This document shows positions 1 to 10,560 of a stretch of DNA of 64,000 nucleotides, in pieces. A program made the position numbers and the translations under genes. The notes beneath the pieces were generated by a model that saw nothing but the letters and a program-made list of their open reading frames with translations, searched no databases and was not told the DNA's origin. Position 1 is the stretch's first letter. Every line of letters begins with the position of its first letter. Origin of the DNA: an uncultured Acidobacteriota bacterium (GTDB lineage: Bacteria; Acidobacteriota; UBA6911); contig CAWEJX010000007.1 of NCBI GenBank assembly GCA_963809485.1, positions 160,001 to 224,000 of the forward strand, read 5' to 3'.

Positions 1-779
1 GATACTGCGTGCGAATATAAAATTTCATTCTGCATTTCAGGCGTGTACGGGAGGACGTTTGTCACCATAAAATGGAGGGAGCCCAATCTGTTGGCGAGAC
101 TGAGGACCGCAGGCAGATCTGCAATATTGCGCTTCATCGCCACGAACACAATCCCGATTTGCGGCTTAAGGTGCAGATCAAAAAACTCAGGCATATACTT
201 CTGCCATCGTGCATGACGAAATTCATGCAGGTTGTTAACCACCTCAGGCAAAGCCGCCCCGAGGCGCACATCTGTATAGCTTTCGGGCGTGGCACCATCC
301 AGGGAAACCCACAGTTTGTCCAGACCGATAGCAACCAGTTCCGTCGAAACTTCTTTGCTAAGCAGCATCCCATTTGTAATCAGCTCGACCTTGGAACCGA
401 GCGCTTTGGCTTCTCTCACCATGCGCAGGATATTAGGATGTGACAGCGGTTCGCCGAGCCCGCCGAAAAAGATATCGGGAGGTGGATCGTAAGAGCGCAA
501 TCCTTCGATTATTCTCGAGTAAGTATCGGAACTCATCGTCCCCAAGGGTTCATCCCAGCTATTGCGAATGCAGGTTACGCAATCCAGGTTGCAGCGATTG
601 GTGGGCTCAATATATACCTTCGCCAGCTTGGTCACTGGCCTGAGAATGGTTAGTCTGTTCGTATTCCCTTCGATCCGGATTTTTGCCCCGGAGGTTAATC
701 CATACTGCCTGGCAATGTCCGGAGGGAAAATGAGGGATCCATCTCTTTGAATATCAATTACAGGGTCTTTATCCTTCAT
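1..779 (-). CDS. Radical SAM protein resembling tungsten-cofactor oxidoreductase maturases; runs off the window start
   Basis: Absent from the ORF track; hand translation from ATG 779 gives MKDKDPVIDIQRDGSLIFPPDIARQYGL (AbrB-like) ... VYIEPTNRCNLDCVTC (CxxxCxxC) ... FFGGLGEPL ... ELITNGML ... VTNVLPYT. Confidence 0.85.
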   Translation of the reverse strand, partial: MKDKDPVIDIQRDGSLIFPPDIARQYGLTSGAKIRIEGNTNRLTILRPVTKLAKVYIEPTNRCNLDCVTCIRNSWDEPLGTMSSDTYSRIIEGLRSYDPPPDIFFGGLGEPLSHPNILRMVREAKALGSKVELITNGMLLSKEVSTELVAIGLDKLWVSLDGATPESYTDVRLGAALPEVVNNLHEFRHARWQKYMPEFFDLHLKPQIGIVFVAMKRNIADLPAVLSLANRLGSLHFMVTNVLPYTPEMQNEILYSHAV

Positions 780-803
780 GGAAAGCCTTCAACCGAAGTT
801 GCT

Positions 804-1490
804 TCAGAATCCCATCAGGTTCTTTAAGAGAAGATAGATACCGGCGCCAATGAAAATTACGGCCGTCAATTTGCGCACCCATTTCTCGATTTGAGTCAAT
901 TTGTCGAAAATCTTCCCAATGGACTTCACGCTGAAAACCATCACAAGCGCGAAAGCAACGACAGGGAGCGCTGTCCCCAGTCCATAGACGGACGGCATCA
1001 TAACGGCGGATTTGCCATCGATTGCCAGTGGGATCAGGCTGCCAAAAAACAGAGCTGCCGAAAGCGGGCAGAAAGTCAGAGCAAAAATGATTCCCAGAAG
1101 CCCGGATCCCCACATCCCCCATTTGCCGGCTTTCTCTTGAACGGAATTGCTGACCAGAGACGCTGAGAATGAAATGGGGATTACATCCAACAGGATGATG
1201 CCGACGATTATCAGCAGGGGCCCAATAATTTTGTGCATATTCGATTCAAGGAAGAAAGATACTTCCGGCAGGGAGAGCAGGCTGGCAACCGCCAGGACCG
1301 CGATAGCAACATACGTGAGCATTCTGCCTGCCGCATAAAGCAATCCGCTCCATAAAACCTTTTTTGATGATCCCAGATTCCTTGATATGAAGGAGACGGC
1401 CGCGATGTTTGTGGCCAGGGGACACGGGCTGATTGAAGTCAGAATCCCGAGCCAAAAGGCGGAGAAGATATCCAGGTAGTAATTCGGCAT
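804..1490 (-). CDS. ArsG-like / CcdA-DsbD-type membrane protein (aromatic arsenical efflux permease family)
   Basis: GILTSISPCPLATNIAA and ALTFCPLSA motifs, about 6 TM segments, adjacent to an ArsF-like gene. Confidence 0.8.
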   Translation of the reverse strand: MPNYYLDIFSAFWLGILTSISPCPLATNIAAVSFISRNLGSSKKVLWSGLLYAAGRMLTYVAIAVLAVASLLSLPEVSFFLESNMHKIIGPLLIIVGIILLDVIPISFSASLVSNSVQEKAGKWGMWGSGLLGIIFALTFCPLSAALFFGSLIPLAIDGKSAVMMPSVYGLGTALPVVAFALVMVFSVKSIGKIFDKLTQIEKWVRKLTAVIFIGAGIYLLLKNLMGF

Positions 1491-1503
1491 GAACCTTTCC
1501 TCT

Positions 1504-1950
1504 CTAGCCTTTGGCCAGGTAGCTCCGGACTTCTTTTCGCACGTAATTGAGGAAGGCGTCTTTGCGCCCCGTTAATTGCCACACCATTTTCAGGTTCGTC
1601 CACTCGGTTTGTTTCCCATTAACCGTATTCACCAGGACAAGCGATTTGGATACAAGTTTGTAGTCCTGCATGAAATGCTGATTTTCCGGCTTCTCATAAT
1701 TAACAATCCGCATTTCCAGAGTTCCGTTCTTCAGCTCTTCAGGAAAACCCTTTTCGATCGCTTCTTTCGAATAGGCCTCGATTTTCATGCAGGTGCTGCA
1801 ACGGTAATCGGTATGAAAATAATAGGCGATCACCTTATGGGCTCCTGCTGTCGTAGGGGCTTTCTGAGCCAATACGCTTACTGCTGGATATACGACGGCA
1901 ACAGCCAATCCTAGAAAAAACAAACATCTCAAGAAATACTTATTGATCAT
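1504..1950 (-). CDS. ArsF-like exported thioredoxin-fold protein
   Basis: Signal peptide, then YYFHTDYRCSTCMKIE (CxxC). Confidence 0.75.
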   Translation of the reverse strand: MINKYFLRCLFFLGLAVAVVYPAVSVLAQKAPTTAGAHKVIAYYFHTDYRCSTCMKIEAYSKEAIEKGFPEELKNGTLEMRIVNYEKPENQHFMQDYKLVSKSLVLVNTVNGKQTEWTNLKMVWQLTGRKDAFLNYVRKEVRSYLAKG

Positions 1951-2022
1951 CGTAGCCTTCCTCCAATTACTTTGCTTCTTTAGCTATACATCCATCGGGT
2001 TGACAACATCCTGCTGATGACG

Positions 2023-2427
2023 TTAGAAAGTTTTTCCCACGATCGAAACGGAAGACTTCACCTCAACGGGATACTGATACAGGAGACATTCCCCCTTCTG
2101 AACAGCCTTTTGCAGTCGCGCTGAATCCGCTTTCAGAACCTCATCGAAGGGACAACACTTATCCAGGAGTTCGTAAAGAGCTGCAATTTGAGGTGTATCT
2201 GCCGATGCCAGTGAATAAATGATTTTATTCCCACTCCGGCTATCCATAACCACTCCGGCATGCCTCAATCCGGCCAGGTGTCGTGACACTGTCGATTGAG
2301 GGATCTGAAGCACGGCTTGAAGCTCACACACACAAATGCTGCCCAATCTCAGCAGATTGAGAAGCCTGAGTCGTGTAGGGTCCGATACAGCCTTGAACAA
2401 TTGATCCAGTCGATCTGGTTTCATCAT
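2023..2427 (-). CDS. arsR: ArsR/SmtB family transcriptional regulator
   Basis: FKAVSDPTRLRLL...ICVCEL...QSTVSRHLAGLR. Confidence 0.9.
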   Translation of the reverse strand: MMKPDRLDQLFKAVSDPTRLRLLNLLRLGSICVCELQAVLQIPQSTVSRHLAGLRHAGVVMDSRSGNKIIYSLASADTPQIAALYELLDKCCPFDEVLKADSARLQKAVQKGECLLYQYPVEVKSSVSIVGKTF

Positions 2428-2558
2428 TATGCACCGCTGTCTATGGACAGGTTGAGAATAGCATGGAAATAGAAGACTCCCGTACCGTTGCCCGGATGCC
2501 TTTGGCTAAACCTAAGATATTGCGTTATTTGGGCCTGCAGCATTTATGGAAATAGTCC

Positions 2559-2656
2559 TTGACTACATTCGTTAAACCGGATATATGAATGCAAATCAAG
2601 GAGATCAAACTGAAAGAAACAGCCGGTTCTTTATTGTACTCGCCGATGAGACTCGA
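2559..2656 (+). pseudogene. Relic arsR promoter plus a truncated arsR 5' end
   Basis: TTGACtaCATTCGTtaAACCGGATATaTGAAT matches 6976-7007; after AAGGAG it reads KET-RFFIVLADETR (frameshifted), versus [15 protein letters not shown] of the arsR at 7030. Confidence 0.75.
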
Positions 2657-2707
2657 TGGTCCAAAGATCTCGACTCTGATACCTTTCAACCGCACGCCGG
2701 CACGCTG

Positions 2708-4903
2708 CTAGACAGTATTAGCGGCGGCGTTGATTCTCTCCGGCGTCATGGGCATTTGTAAAAGGCGGACGCCGATAGCATCAAAGATCGCGTTGGCAAT
2801 GACTCCGCCAACGGGGACGATCGGCGGTTCTCCTCCGCCCTGAGGGGTTAGTTCGTCATTCTTGACCAGGAATGCATCAATTTCGGGCAGCCAGGAAAAT
2901 CGGGGCACCTTGTAATTATGAAAGTTGGTGGTGAACAGCTGGCCACCCCTGAAGCTGATGTCCTCCGACAGAGCATATCCAAGGCCCATCATGATGCATC
3001 CTTCCATCTGCATCCTGGCTCCCTCGGGGGAGATGGCGACGCCCATATCCTGGGCGGCGAAGATTCTCTTAACCTTTACGTTGCCCTTATCCATCTTGAT
3101 TTCGGCTATTTCGGCGACATAGGCTCCGGCATCAATGCCGCAGGCGATCCCATATCCACGACCACTCGGACTCGCTGCGGGTTTATAACCAAAACGTTGG
3201 GCGACAACTTCAAGAACACGGCGCATGCGTGGATCTGAAGTATTTTTCAAGCGGAATTCCAAAGGATCCATCTTCAGCTTTGCAGCCATGATGTCGATCT
3301 GTGATTCTCTGGCAAAAACATTAATGTTTGCTCCGGGCGCTCGCCATGCACCGGTGGCAAATATATGGGCTTTGGATGTATCCATCATCCAACTGCCGTA
3401 AGTGCTCATAAGATTGTTGGGCACGTCATAAAACTGCTCGGCGCTTCTCGATCCTGCATAATAGACGTGGTAATCCCAGAGGCAGATCTTCCCCGCATTA
3501 TCGACACCCGACCTAATCTTTACGACTGCAGCCGGGCGGAAGGCATCATAAAAGAATTCTTCATCACGATTGTAGGAAACCTGAATGGGTTTTCCCGTGA
3601 TTTTTGCCAGGCGCGCAGCTTCAACAGCTTGAAGGTTGGTACTCTTTCCGCCGAATCCGCCGCCGACATACGGAGTGATGACGCGGACGTTTTGAGGAGC
3701 AAGCTTTAAGGCTCTTGCGATTTCCTGTTGGCCCGGGAATGGGGTTTGCGTGGACATCCAGACGGTCATTTTGTCCCCGTCCAGTTTTGCGCACGCGGTA
3801 TGAGTTTCAATGGAGGCATGGGCGCCGTAGCCGTTCAAATATGTTTGCTCAAAAATGGCGGTAGAGGCTTTCTCGCCCGCGGCAAGATCTCCCTTCCGCT
3901 CCATTTGCTGGGGCTTAGGCGCTACCTTGACGATGTGGTCGAAAATTGTATGTTCATCAACCGTCGGAGTTGGAACATCAAACTCAGCCTTAATGCTCGC
4001 ACGAGCGCTTTCCGCTGTTTCAGGATCCGGATGCAGAACCGCGATCAACCCCTCCTCATTAACAACGATAACACCTGGGATTTTTTCGGCTGCCGAGGTA
4101 TCTGCATGTTTCAAGGTGGCTCCATGTGCAGGCGGACGCAGTACTTTTGCATACAGCAAGCCCGGGAATCGAATATCTCCTGCGAATTGGGCTTTCCCCA
4201 TTACTTTTGCACGCACGTCAAAGCGCAGCGGAGATTTTCCGATCACCGCAAATTCTGAAGCGGATTTGAGTACGGCTTTTTGCTCAAGCTTGCGCGTGAT
4301 TTTCTGGCCTTTGGTGAGCTGGGCGAAAGTCACTTGCGTCTTTTTGTCGGAGATTGGGAAAACGACGCCGTTCTCAACTTGCAGCTTCGCTTTGGGCATT
4401 TTCAATTGTTCTGCAGCAATCTCTAACAAAATTGCTTTCGCCTCGGCGGCTGCGGACCTTAGCGCAGCACCGTAAATACGGATCGACATCGAGCCGAAAG
4501 TTCCCATATCCCAGGGACACAAATCCGTATCTCCCATGATCATATTGATGGCATCCAAGGATACGCCGAGCTCTTCTGCGGCCATTTGGGCCAGGGCAGT
4601 GGTGTTTCCCTGGCCTTGCTCGATTTTGCCCGAAAAGACCGTCACCTTGCCGTCTTCGCCTATTCTCAAGTAGGCATTGAGATCGGACGCGGCAGCACCC
4701 ATTCCCGGCGGTCGGCCGAATCCCGGAGGGGGGCCCTGTTGTCCCGCTCCCGGCGGGCCTTGCTGCGCTGAAGAGGGCGAGTCGACGGTGAAGAATATAA
4801 TAATCCCACCCCCGAGGAGCTTTATGAAGTCGCGCCGGTCAAATACGTCCGTCCCGGGCGTTTCGATAGCTTTGGATCTTTCGTTTCCCATGGTGTGCCT
4901 CAT
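2708..4903 (-). CDS. Xanthine oxidase-family molybdopterin subunit (IorB-like), Tat-exported
   Basis: DRRDFIK twin-arginine motif; GQG, GGGFGGK, WRAPG and GGGEPP motifs. Confidence 0.9.
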   Translation of the reverse strand: MRHTMGNERSKAIETPGTDVFDRRDFIKLLGGGIIIFFTVDSPSSAQQGPPGAGQQGPPPGFGRPPGMGAAASDLNAYLRIGEDGKVTVFSGKIEQGQGNTTALAQMAAEELGVSLDAINMIMGDTDLCPWDMGTFGSMSIRIYGAALRSAAAEAKAILLEIAAEQLKMPKAKLQVENGVVFPISDKKTQVTFAQLTKGQKITRKLEQKAVLKSASEFAVIGKSPLRFDVRAKVMGKAQFAGDIRFPGLLYAKVLRPPAHGATLKHADTSAAEKIPGVIVVNEEGLIAVLHPDPETAESARASIKAEFDVPTPTVDEHTIFDHIVKVAPKPQQMERKGDLAAGEKASTAIFEQTYLNGYGAHASIETHTACAKLDGDKMTVWMSTQTPFPGQQEIARALKLAPQNVRVITPYVGGGFGGKSTNLQAVEAARLAKITGKPIQVSYNRDEEFFYDAFRPAAVVKIRSGVDNAGKICLWDYHVYYAGSRSAEQFYDVPNNLMSTYGSWMMDTSKAHIFATGAWRAPGANINVFARESQIDIMAAKLKMDPLEFRLKNTSDPRMRRVLEVVAQRFGYKPAASPSGRGYGIACGIDAGAYVAEIAEIKMDKGNVKVKRIFAAQDMGVAISPEGARMQMEGCIMMGLGYALSEDISFRGGQLFTTNFHNYKVPRFSWLPEIDAFLVKNDELTPQGGGEPPIVPVGGVIANAIFDAIGVRLLQMPMTPERINAAANTV

Positions 4904-5364
4904 CTCTTTGTCGAAACACTTTCGATTGCCTGGACAATTCTCTTATGGGCGCTGCAACGGCAGAGATTATTTTCCATGCCCATAATGATCTGGTCCCGGC
5001 TGAGCTTCGGGTTCTTGAGCAGCAGCGCATAGGCGTTCATTATCATACCTGGAGTGCAAAACCCACACTGGACGGCGCCATATTCGAAAAAGGCATTCTG
5101 CAGCGGATGAAGTTTTTCTCCTTGTGCCAAACCTTCGATAGTCGTGACTTCCTTGTCACGAACCGCTCGGATGGGTAGTTGACAGGATCGCACCGCCTCC
5201 TTGCCGACCAAGACCGTACATGCACCACAAAGACTCTTTCCGCAGCCATATTTCGTTCCTGTAAGTCCCAAATCCGTGCGTAGCACCCACAGGAGCTTTC
5301 TATCGCCTTCGATATTTAGGCTTGTGGATTTTCCGTTAAGTTTGAAACGAATGGTTTCTCTCAT
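4900..5364 (-). CDS. (2Fe-2S)-binding subunit (IorA/CoxS-like)
   Basis: GTKYGCGKSLCGACTV, QCGFCTPG, NLCRC; start placed at MRETIRF. Confidence 0.92.
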   Translation of the reverse strand: MRETIRFKLNGKSTSLNIEGDRKLLWVLRTDLGLTGTKYGCGKSLCGACTVLVGKEAVRSCQLPIRAVRDKEVTTIEGLAQGEKLHPLQNAFFEYGAVQCGFCTPGMIMNAYALLLKNPKLSRDQIIMGMENNLCRCSAHKRIVQAIESVSTKR

Positions 5365-5713
5365 ATACGTACTCTCAATTGGTTGGTTTGATTGTCTGCC
5401 AATTTTATCAGACCTCAGTTCCTTAAAAATGAATATAGTCTTTTGGATTCTCAAATTTTATAGTGTTAGTGTTTGGCCTGTGCCTCGCAATCTTAGAACT
5501 ATATTTAACGACTTGTCGGTCCTATCCTCTGATGGCTGCTCCTTGGGTGCAATCTCGGTTTTAAAGCAGCCATCAGCGCGCTCTTTCTTATCGCTTTTGA
5601 TCCTCCTTTAACTGATTCGCGCGCGATCCAACACTTGACAACCAGGCTCCATTGCTGCAGCGCGGATGGGGGCGTTCCAGCACCATATTTGATCGTCTCT
5701 GCAGCTCCAATAT

Positions 5714-6772
5714 CTAGGAAAAAATGAAGTTTCCCGTAAACCAGCCGACGAAGGTTCCCAACACTGTAATCAAAAGGACATAAACAATCCCTTTTTTAAA
5801 ACCGAATACTTTCATGATCGCCAATATGTTTGGAAGACTCATTCCGGGGCCTGTCAGCAGAAGGGCCAGGGCCGGACCCTTTCCCATTCCCAAGTCCAAC
5901 ATTTTGTGAACGAAAGGAGCTTCCGTCATCGTTGCCATGTACATGATCTGGCCGATCACCGTTGCGAGGAAGGAAGCCAATATGCCGGTCCCACCCAGCC
6001 AATTTTGAACCCACTGTTGAGGTAAAAGTTTGCCAATAATCCCCACAACAAATACTCCAGCCAATAATAATGGAAGTATGATTCTCACAAACCACCATGT
6101 TTCCCGCATCCAGTTGGCAATCTCTTCCATCGACTTGGTCTTAAAGGCATAGATGCCAATCAAAATCATTCCGATTGCCCAGACATAGATCTTATGAAGA
6201 TATGGTCCTTTTTGAACCAGGTAGTTGGGAGCCAGTAGGGTTGCTACCACCAGAAGAATCAGTATTAGATCTTTGGGCGAAATAAGCTTTTTGCCCTCGC
6301 CATTCAAATGCAATGCCTTTCCAATCCGTTGAGCTTCGTCTCGACGAAAAGCATAGCTCATCACCCAACCCACCAGAAAAGCCATGGCTAGAGCGGAGAT
6401 TATCCGGAGAATCACCATCTGAGATCCCAGAATCGCTCCGGTGTAGACGATAGCCAGAATGTTTGTCGCCGGCGCCACCCAAAGAATAATGAAGGCCGCT
6501 CCAATTCCGGCGCCGCTGTAATACAAACCACCGGATACTGGAATTACGGTGCAGGAGCAGGCTGCTACAAAAAAACTCCCTCCGCTGGCTATGGCAAAGG
6601 ATTTTATTTTGTTAGCGGTCGCTCCCAAATAATGGATGATCGTTTCCTTGGAGATAAAGGAAACCATGGCACCCGCCAGTAAAAACGCGGGAATCAGGCA
6701 GGTCACGATGTGAAGAGCGATGTAGTCCTTCAGGGCATCCAATCCGGCGCGTATCAACTCAAGAACAAACAT
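5714..6772 (-). CDS. ArsP/DUF318-type permease
   Basis: HIVTCLIPAFLLAGA, ACSCTVIP, GMGKGPALALLLTGP. Confidence 0.85.
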   Translation of the reverse strand: MFVLELIRAGLDALKDYIALHIVTCLIPAFLLAGAMVSFISKETIIHYLGATANKIKSFAIASGGSFFVAACSCTVIPVSGGLYYSGAGIGAAFIILWVAPATNILAIVYTGAILGSQMVILRIISALAMAFLVGWVMSYAFRRDEAQRIGKALHLNGEGKKLISPKDLILILLVVATLLAPNYLVQKGPYLHKIYVWAIGMILIGIYAFKTKSMEEIANWMRETWWFVRIILPLLLAGVFVVGIIGKLLPQQWVQNWLGGTGILASFLATVIGQIMYMATMTEAPFVHKMLDLGMGKGPALALLLTGPGMSLPNILAIMKVFGFKKGIVYVLLITVLGTFVGWFTGNFIFS

Positions 6773-6975
6773 AGACCCTTTCCCCCTTCCGCTTAGAGGC
6801 AACTATGCCAGCAGATGTTAAAAGCTCGTTGTTTAGCAAATCTGGGGCGAGGATAGCATGAGTTGGCGTGAAGGGTATCCGCATTCTCCGAGCAACTAGA
6901 TGTTGCCTCTGGAATCACCGCTTGGTTGGCCCTCAAAAACAGCATGGCGAGATTAGTTTGGATTCGCGATTTATC

Positions 6976-7007
6976 TTGACAGCATTCGTAGAACCGGATA
7001 TTTGAAT
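6976..7007 (+). promoter_or_regulatory. Sigma70-like promoter with a probable ArsR operator
   Basis: TTGACA-17 bp-TATTTG overlapping an imperfect ATTCG..CGGAT dyad; conserved at 2559. Confidence 0.6.
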
Positions 7008-7029
7008 ATATACCTTTGGAGGGTTTATC

Positions 7030-7461
7030 GTGAAAGAGGCATCTCGGTTCTTTAAAGTCCTTGCCGATGAAGCGCGGCTAAAAATGCTCTGGCTGCTGTT
7101 TAACCATCGGGAGCTCTGTGTTTGCGACATTATGGCCGCACTGGAAATCACTCAGTCCAAAGCCTCCCGGCACCTCGCCGCTCTGCGAAACGCCGGCCTG
7201 GCGACGGATCGAAAGGAAGGATTGTGGTCCTATTACTCGCTCCGCCCAGCTGAAGACGAGCTTGTAGAGGCGCACCTGACGCTTCTACGGACGAGTCTCT
7301 CTAAACGCCCGGATGCGAAACACCTGCTGGTGAAGCTCAACGCATGGTTAAAGGTGAAGCAAGGCGGCGAGACGTGTCCCCAAAACAACAATCGGGTTCA
7401 CGCCACGAAGAACGCTAAAAGCGGTTTTGTGCAAATATCCCTTACTGGAGGTTCTCGATGA
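7030..7461 (+). CDS. arsR: ArsR family repressor
   Basis: ELCVCDIM...QSKASRHL; first gene of the ars operon. Confidence 0.9.
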   Translation: MKEASRFFKVLADEARLKMLWLLFNHRELCVCDIMAALEITQSKASRHLAALRNAGLATDRKEGLWSYYSLRPAEDELVEAHLTLLRTSLSKRPDAKHLLVKLNAWLKVKQGGETCPQNNNRVHATKNAKSGFVQISLTGGSR

Positions 7462-8546
7462 GTAATAAATCCGCTGTTGCTCCAGCTGCAGAACATGCAG
7501 GCGTTGCGAAGCGACTTTCATTTCTGGACCGTTATCTGACACTTTGGATTTTCCTCGCCATGATCGTAGGTGTCGGGGCTGGGTATCTATTTCCCGGAAT
7601 AGTTCCCTTTCTAAATAAATTCAGCGTGGGAACGACATCCATCCCGATAGCCATTGGCCTCATTCTTATGATGTATCCGCCTCTCGCCAAGGTGCGCTAT
7701 GAGGAAATGGGACCCGTTTTCCGCAACACCAAAGTGCTTGGGCTGTCCCTTGTGCAGAACTGGGTTATCGGCCCAATCCTGATGTTTGCCCTTGCCGTGC
7801 TTTTCCTGCGCGACAAGCCCGAATACATGGTCGGCCTGATTATGATCGGCCTGGCTCGCTGCATTGCCATGGTTATCGTCTGGAACGATCTGGCAAAGGG
7901 AGACACGGAGTACTGCGCCGGTCTGGTTGCCTTCAATTCGATCTTTCAGGTCTTCTTGTATTCAGTCTATGCATACGTTTTCATCACCGTTTTGCCGACC
8001 TGGTTTGGATTGAAGGGTGTAGCGGTGGACATAACCATCGGCGAGATTGCCAAGAGCGTCTTTATTTATCTGGGGATACCGTTCATTGCCGGCATGATCA
8101 CGCGTTACACGCTTATTAAGGCGAAAAATAAGCAGTGGTACCACGAGAAGTTTATTCCGAAAATCAGCCCTATTACGCTCATCGCCCTGTTATTTACGAT
8201 TGTTGTGATGTTCTCACTTAAGGGCGAAACCATCGTGCAGCTGCCGTTTGATGTAGTTCGTATTGCAATCCCGTTGCTCATATACTTTTTGCTGATGTTT
8301 TTCATCTCATTCTTTATGAGCAAAAAGGTTGGCGCCACTTACGGCCAGGCGGCGACGCTTTCTTTTACAGCAGCATCCAACAACTTTGAACTTGCTATCG
8401 CCGTCGCGGTTGCCACTTTCGGCATCCAGCACGGCGGGGCCTTTGCTGCGGTTATCGGTCCCCTTGTTGAGGTTCCGGTACTTATTGGCCTGGTCAATGT
8501 TTCGCTGTGGCTGGGGCGAAAGTACTATGGGAGGAAGGACCTTTAA
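7458..8546 (+). CDS. acr3: Acr3 arsenite efflux transporter
   Basis: [41 protein letters not shown]. Confidence 0.97.
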   Translation: MSNKSAVAPAAEHAGVAKRLSFLDRYLTLWIFLAMIVGVGAGYLFPGIVPFLNKFSVGTTSIPIAIGLILMMYPPLAKVRYEEMGPVFRNTKVLGLSLVQNWVIGPILMFALAVLFLRDKPEYMVGLIMIGLARCIAMVIVWNDLAKGDTEYCAGLVAFNSIFQVFLYSVYAYVFITVLPTWFGLKGVAVDITIGEIAKSVFIYLGIPFIAGMITRYTLIKAKNKQWYHEKFIPKISPITLIALLFTIVVMFSLKGETIVQLPFDVVRIAIPLLIYFLLMFFISFFMSKKVGATYGQAATLSFTAASNNFELAIAVAVATFGIQHGGAFAAVIGPLVEVPVLIGLVNVSLWLGRKYYGRKDL

Positions 8547-8956
8547 TGCCCAAAGGCATTCTCTTTTTGTGCGTTGCAAATTCAGCCCGCAGTCAGATGG
8601 CCGAGGGAATTGCGCGCTCTCTTGCGCCGACTGGAGTGAAGATCTGGTCGGCTGGCTCTCGCCCGACGAGTGTTCGCCCCGAGGCCATCGCGGTACTCAG
8701 GGAAATCGGGATAGACATTTCAGGCCATCGTTCAAAAGCGGTGGCCGAGATCCCTGCCTCCGAAGTTGATACGGTGATCACTCTTTGTGCGGAAGAGGAG
8801 TGTCCGGTTTTTCTGGGAAAAGCTCAACGGCTGCACTGGGGATTGCCAGATCCTGCAGCCGTCGTTGGCTCCGAAGAAGAGATCCTGACGGCGTTCAGGA
8901 AAATGCGCGATGAATTGTCCCGACGTATTACAGCTTTCCTGAAGGAGAATTGTTGA
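8546..8956 (+). CDS. arsC: Thioredoxin-coupled arsenate reductase (LMW-PTP fold)
   Basis: LFLCVANSARSQMAEG, ITLCAEEECP, HWGLPDP; ATG overlaps the acr3 stop. Confidence 0.93.
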   Translation: MPKGILFLCVANSARSQMAEGIARSLAPTGVKIWSAGSRPTSVRPEAIAVLREIGIDISGHRSKAVAEIPASEVDTVITLCAEEECPVFLGKAQRLHWGLPDPAAVVGSEEEILTAFRKMRDELSRRITAFLKENC

Positions 8957-10255
8957 TGAAGGATTGGAAAAAATTCGCATGGTTGGTTGGGATATTTCTG
9001 GTTGCCTATTATATCCCGCTCGGAAATCCGAAGGTTCACTAATGCCATTCTCGAATCCTTCCGGCTTCTGCAATGGTATGCGGTAAACCATACTCTCGCC
9101 TGCGTGGTTCCAGCCATGTTCATCGCGGGCGCGATCTCCACATTCATGTCTCAGGCTTCAGTGATGCGCTATCTCGGCCCAAATTCCAACCGCACGCTGG
9201 CTTACGGCGTCGCTTCCGTGTCGGGGACAGTCCTTGCGGTGTGTTCCTGCAGCGTTCTGCCCATGTTCGCGGGAATTTATGCGATGGGCGCAGGGCTCGG
9301 TCCGGCGAGCGCATTTCTATATTCGGGGCCGGCCATCAATGTCATGGCGATATTTCTTTCTGCACGAGTTCTGGGCTTCGACCTTGGCGTAGCCCGAGCC
9401 GTCGGCGCAGTGGTTTTCGCAGTTGTCATCGGACTGTTTATGGCGATTGCATTCCGTGTCGCCGATCAACGAAGGGTCAGCGAAATGCATTTGCCGGATG
9501 CACCGCCAAATCCGCGGCCGCTATGGAAGACCACGCTTTATTTTCTATGCATGATCCTCTTCCTGATCTTCTCCGACTGGTATAACACCAACGATGTGAC
9601 CCTGACCATGAAGGACGGGAAGACGATCAGCGCCAATATCCGTTACTCAACACAGGACAACCTGGATATTCAGGAATATCAGCCGGATGGCCAGTTATCA
9701 ACCGAGGTTCGGCGGATCGACAGGCAGAATATTGCCTCCATTGAGCCGGTGCCGGGTTTTACAATGACCGTTCACGGCATTAAATGGTATCTCGCCGGCG
9801 CGATGGGCCTTCTGGTGCTGCTCATGTTGTGGAAATGGTTTTCTCACGATGAAGTGAAGCAATGGATGCAGGCAACCTGGGACTTCGGATTGATGATAGT
9901 ACCGCTCTTATTCGGAGGCGTGTTCCTGACCGGATTTATAGGCGCGCTGATCCCGGAACGGGCGGTCGCGGTCTTTGTCGGTGGCAATAGCCTGATCTCA
10001 AATTTCATCGCTGCTTTTGTCGGAATGATCTGGTACTTCGCCACGCTGACAGAAATCCCAATCGTCGAAATGCTGATGCGCCTGGGAATGGGCAAGGGAC
10101 CGGCTCTGGCACTTTTGCTGGCTGGGCCTGCGCTCTCCTTGCCCAGCATCTTTGTCATCTACAAAATCATCGGCGGTAAAAAGACATTTGTGTTCTGTTC
10201 GCTGGTGGTGGTCATGTCCACGGTTGTAGGTTTCCTGTTTGGTATGATGCGTTAG
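8956..10255 (+). pseudogene. ArsP/DUF318-type permease with an apparent frameshift near 9030-9038 (mutation or sequencing error)
   Basis: Coupled ATG 8956 gives MKDWKKFAWLVGIFLVAYYIPLGNPKVH*; the body TNAILESFRLLQWYA...VCSCSVLP continues in another frame. Confidence 0.75.
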
Positions 10256-10269
10256 GGAGGAGGTGTAAC

Positions 10270-10521
10270 ATGAAGATCAAGGTCCTGGGCACCGGATGCC
10301 CGAAATGCAAGAAGCTGTATTCCGAGGCTGAAAAGGCCATTGCCTCGTCGGGCGTGAAAGTCGATCTGGAAAAGGTCGAGCAGATCACCGAAATTATTAG
10401 ATACGGCGTGATGTCAACCCCCGGCCTGGTCATCGACGAAGAAGTCAAAGCGAGCGGGCGTATTCCCAAAAGCGAAGAGATCGTCTCATGGATTAAGACG
10501 GCTGCAAAAAGCGGCGATTAA
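10270..10521 (+). CDS. Small thioredoxin-like protein (MTH895/ArsE-like)
   Basis: MKIKVLGTGCPKCKKL, GVMSTPGLVID; strong GGAGG RBS. Confidence 0.9.
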   Translation: MKIKVLGTGCPKCKKLYSEAEKAIASSGVKVDLEKVEQITEIIRYGVMSTPGLVIDEEVKASGRIPKSEEIVSWIKTAAKSGD

Positions 10522-10560
10522 ACTCTGTGTCACTGTAACCTCATTCCATAGGAATCTGCC

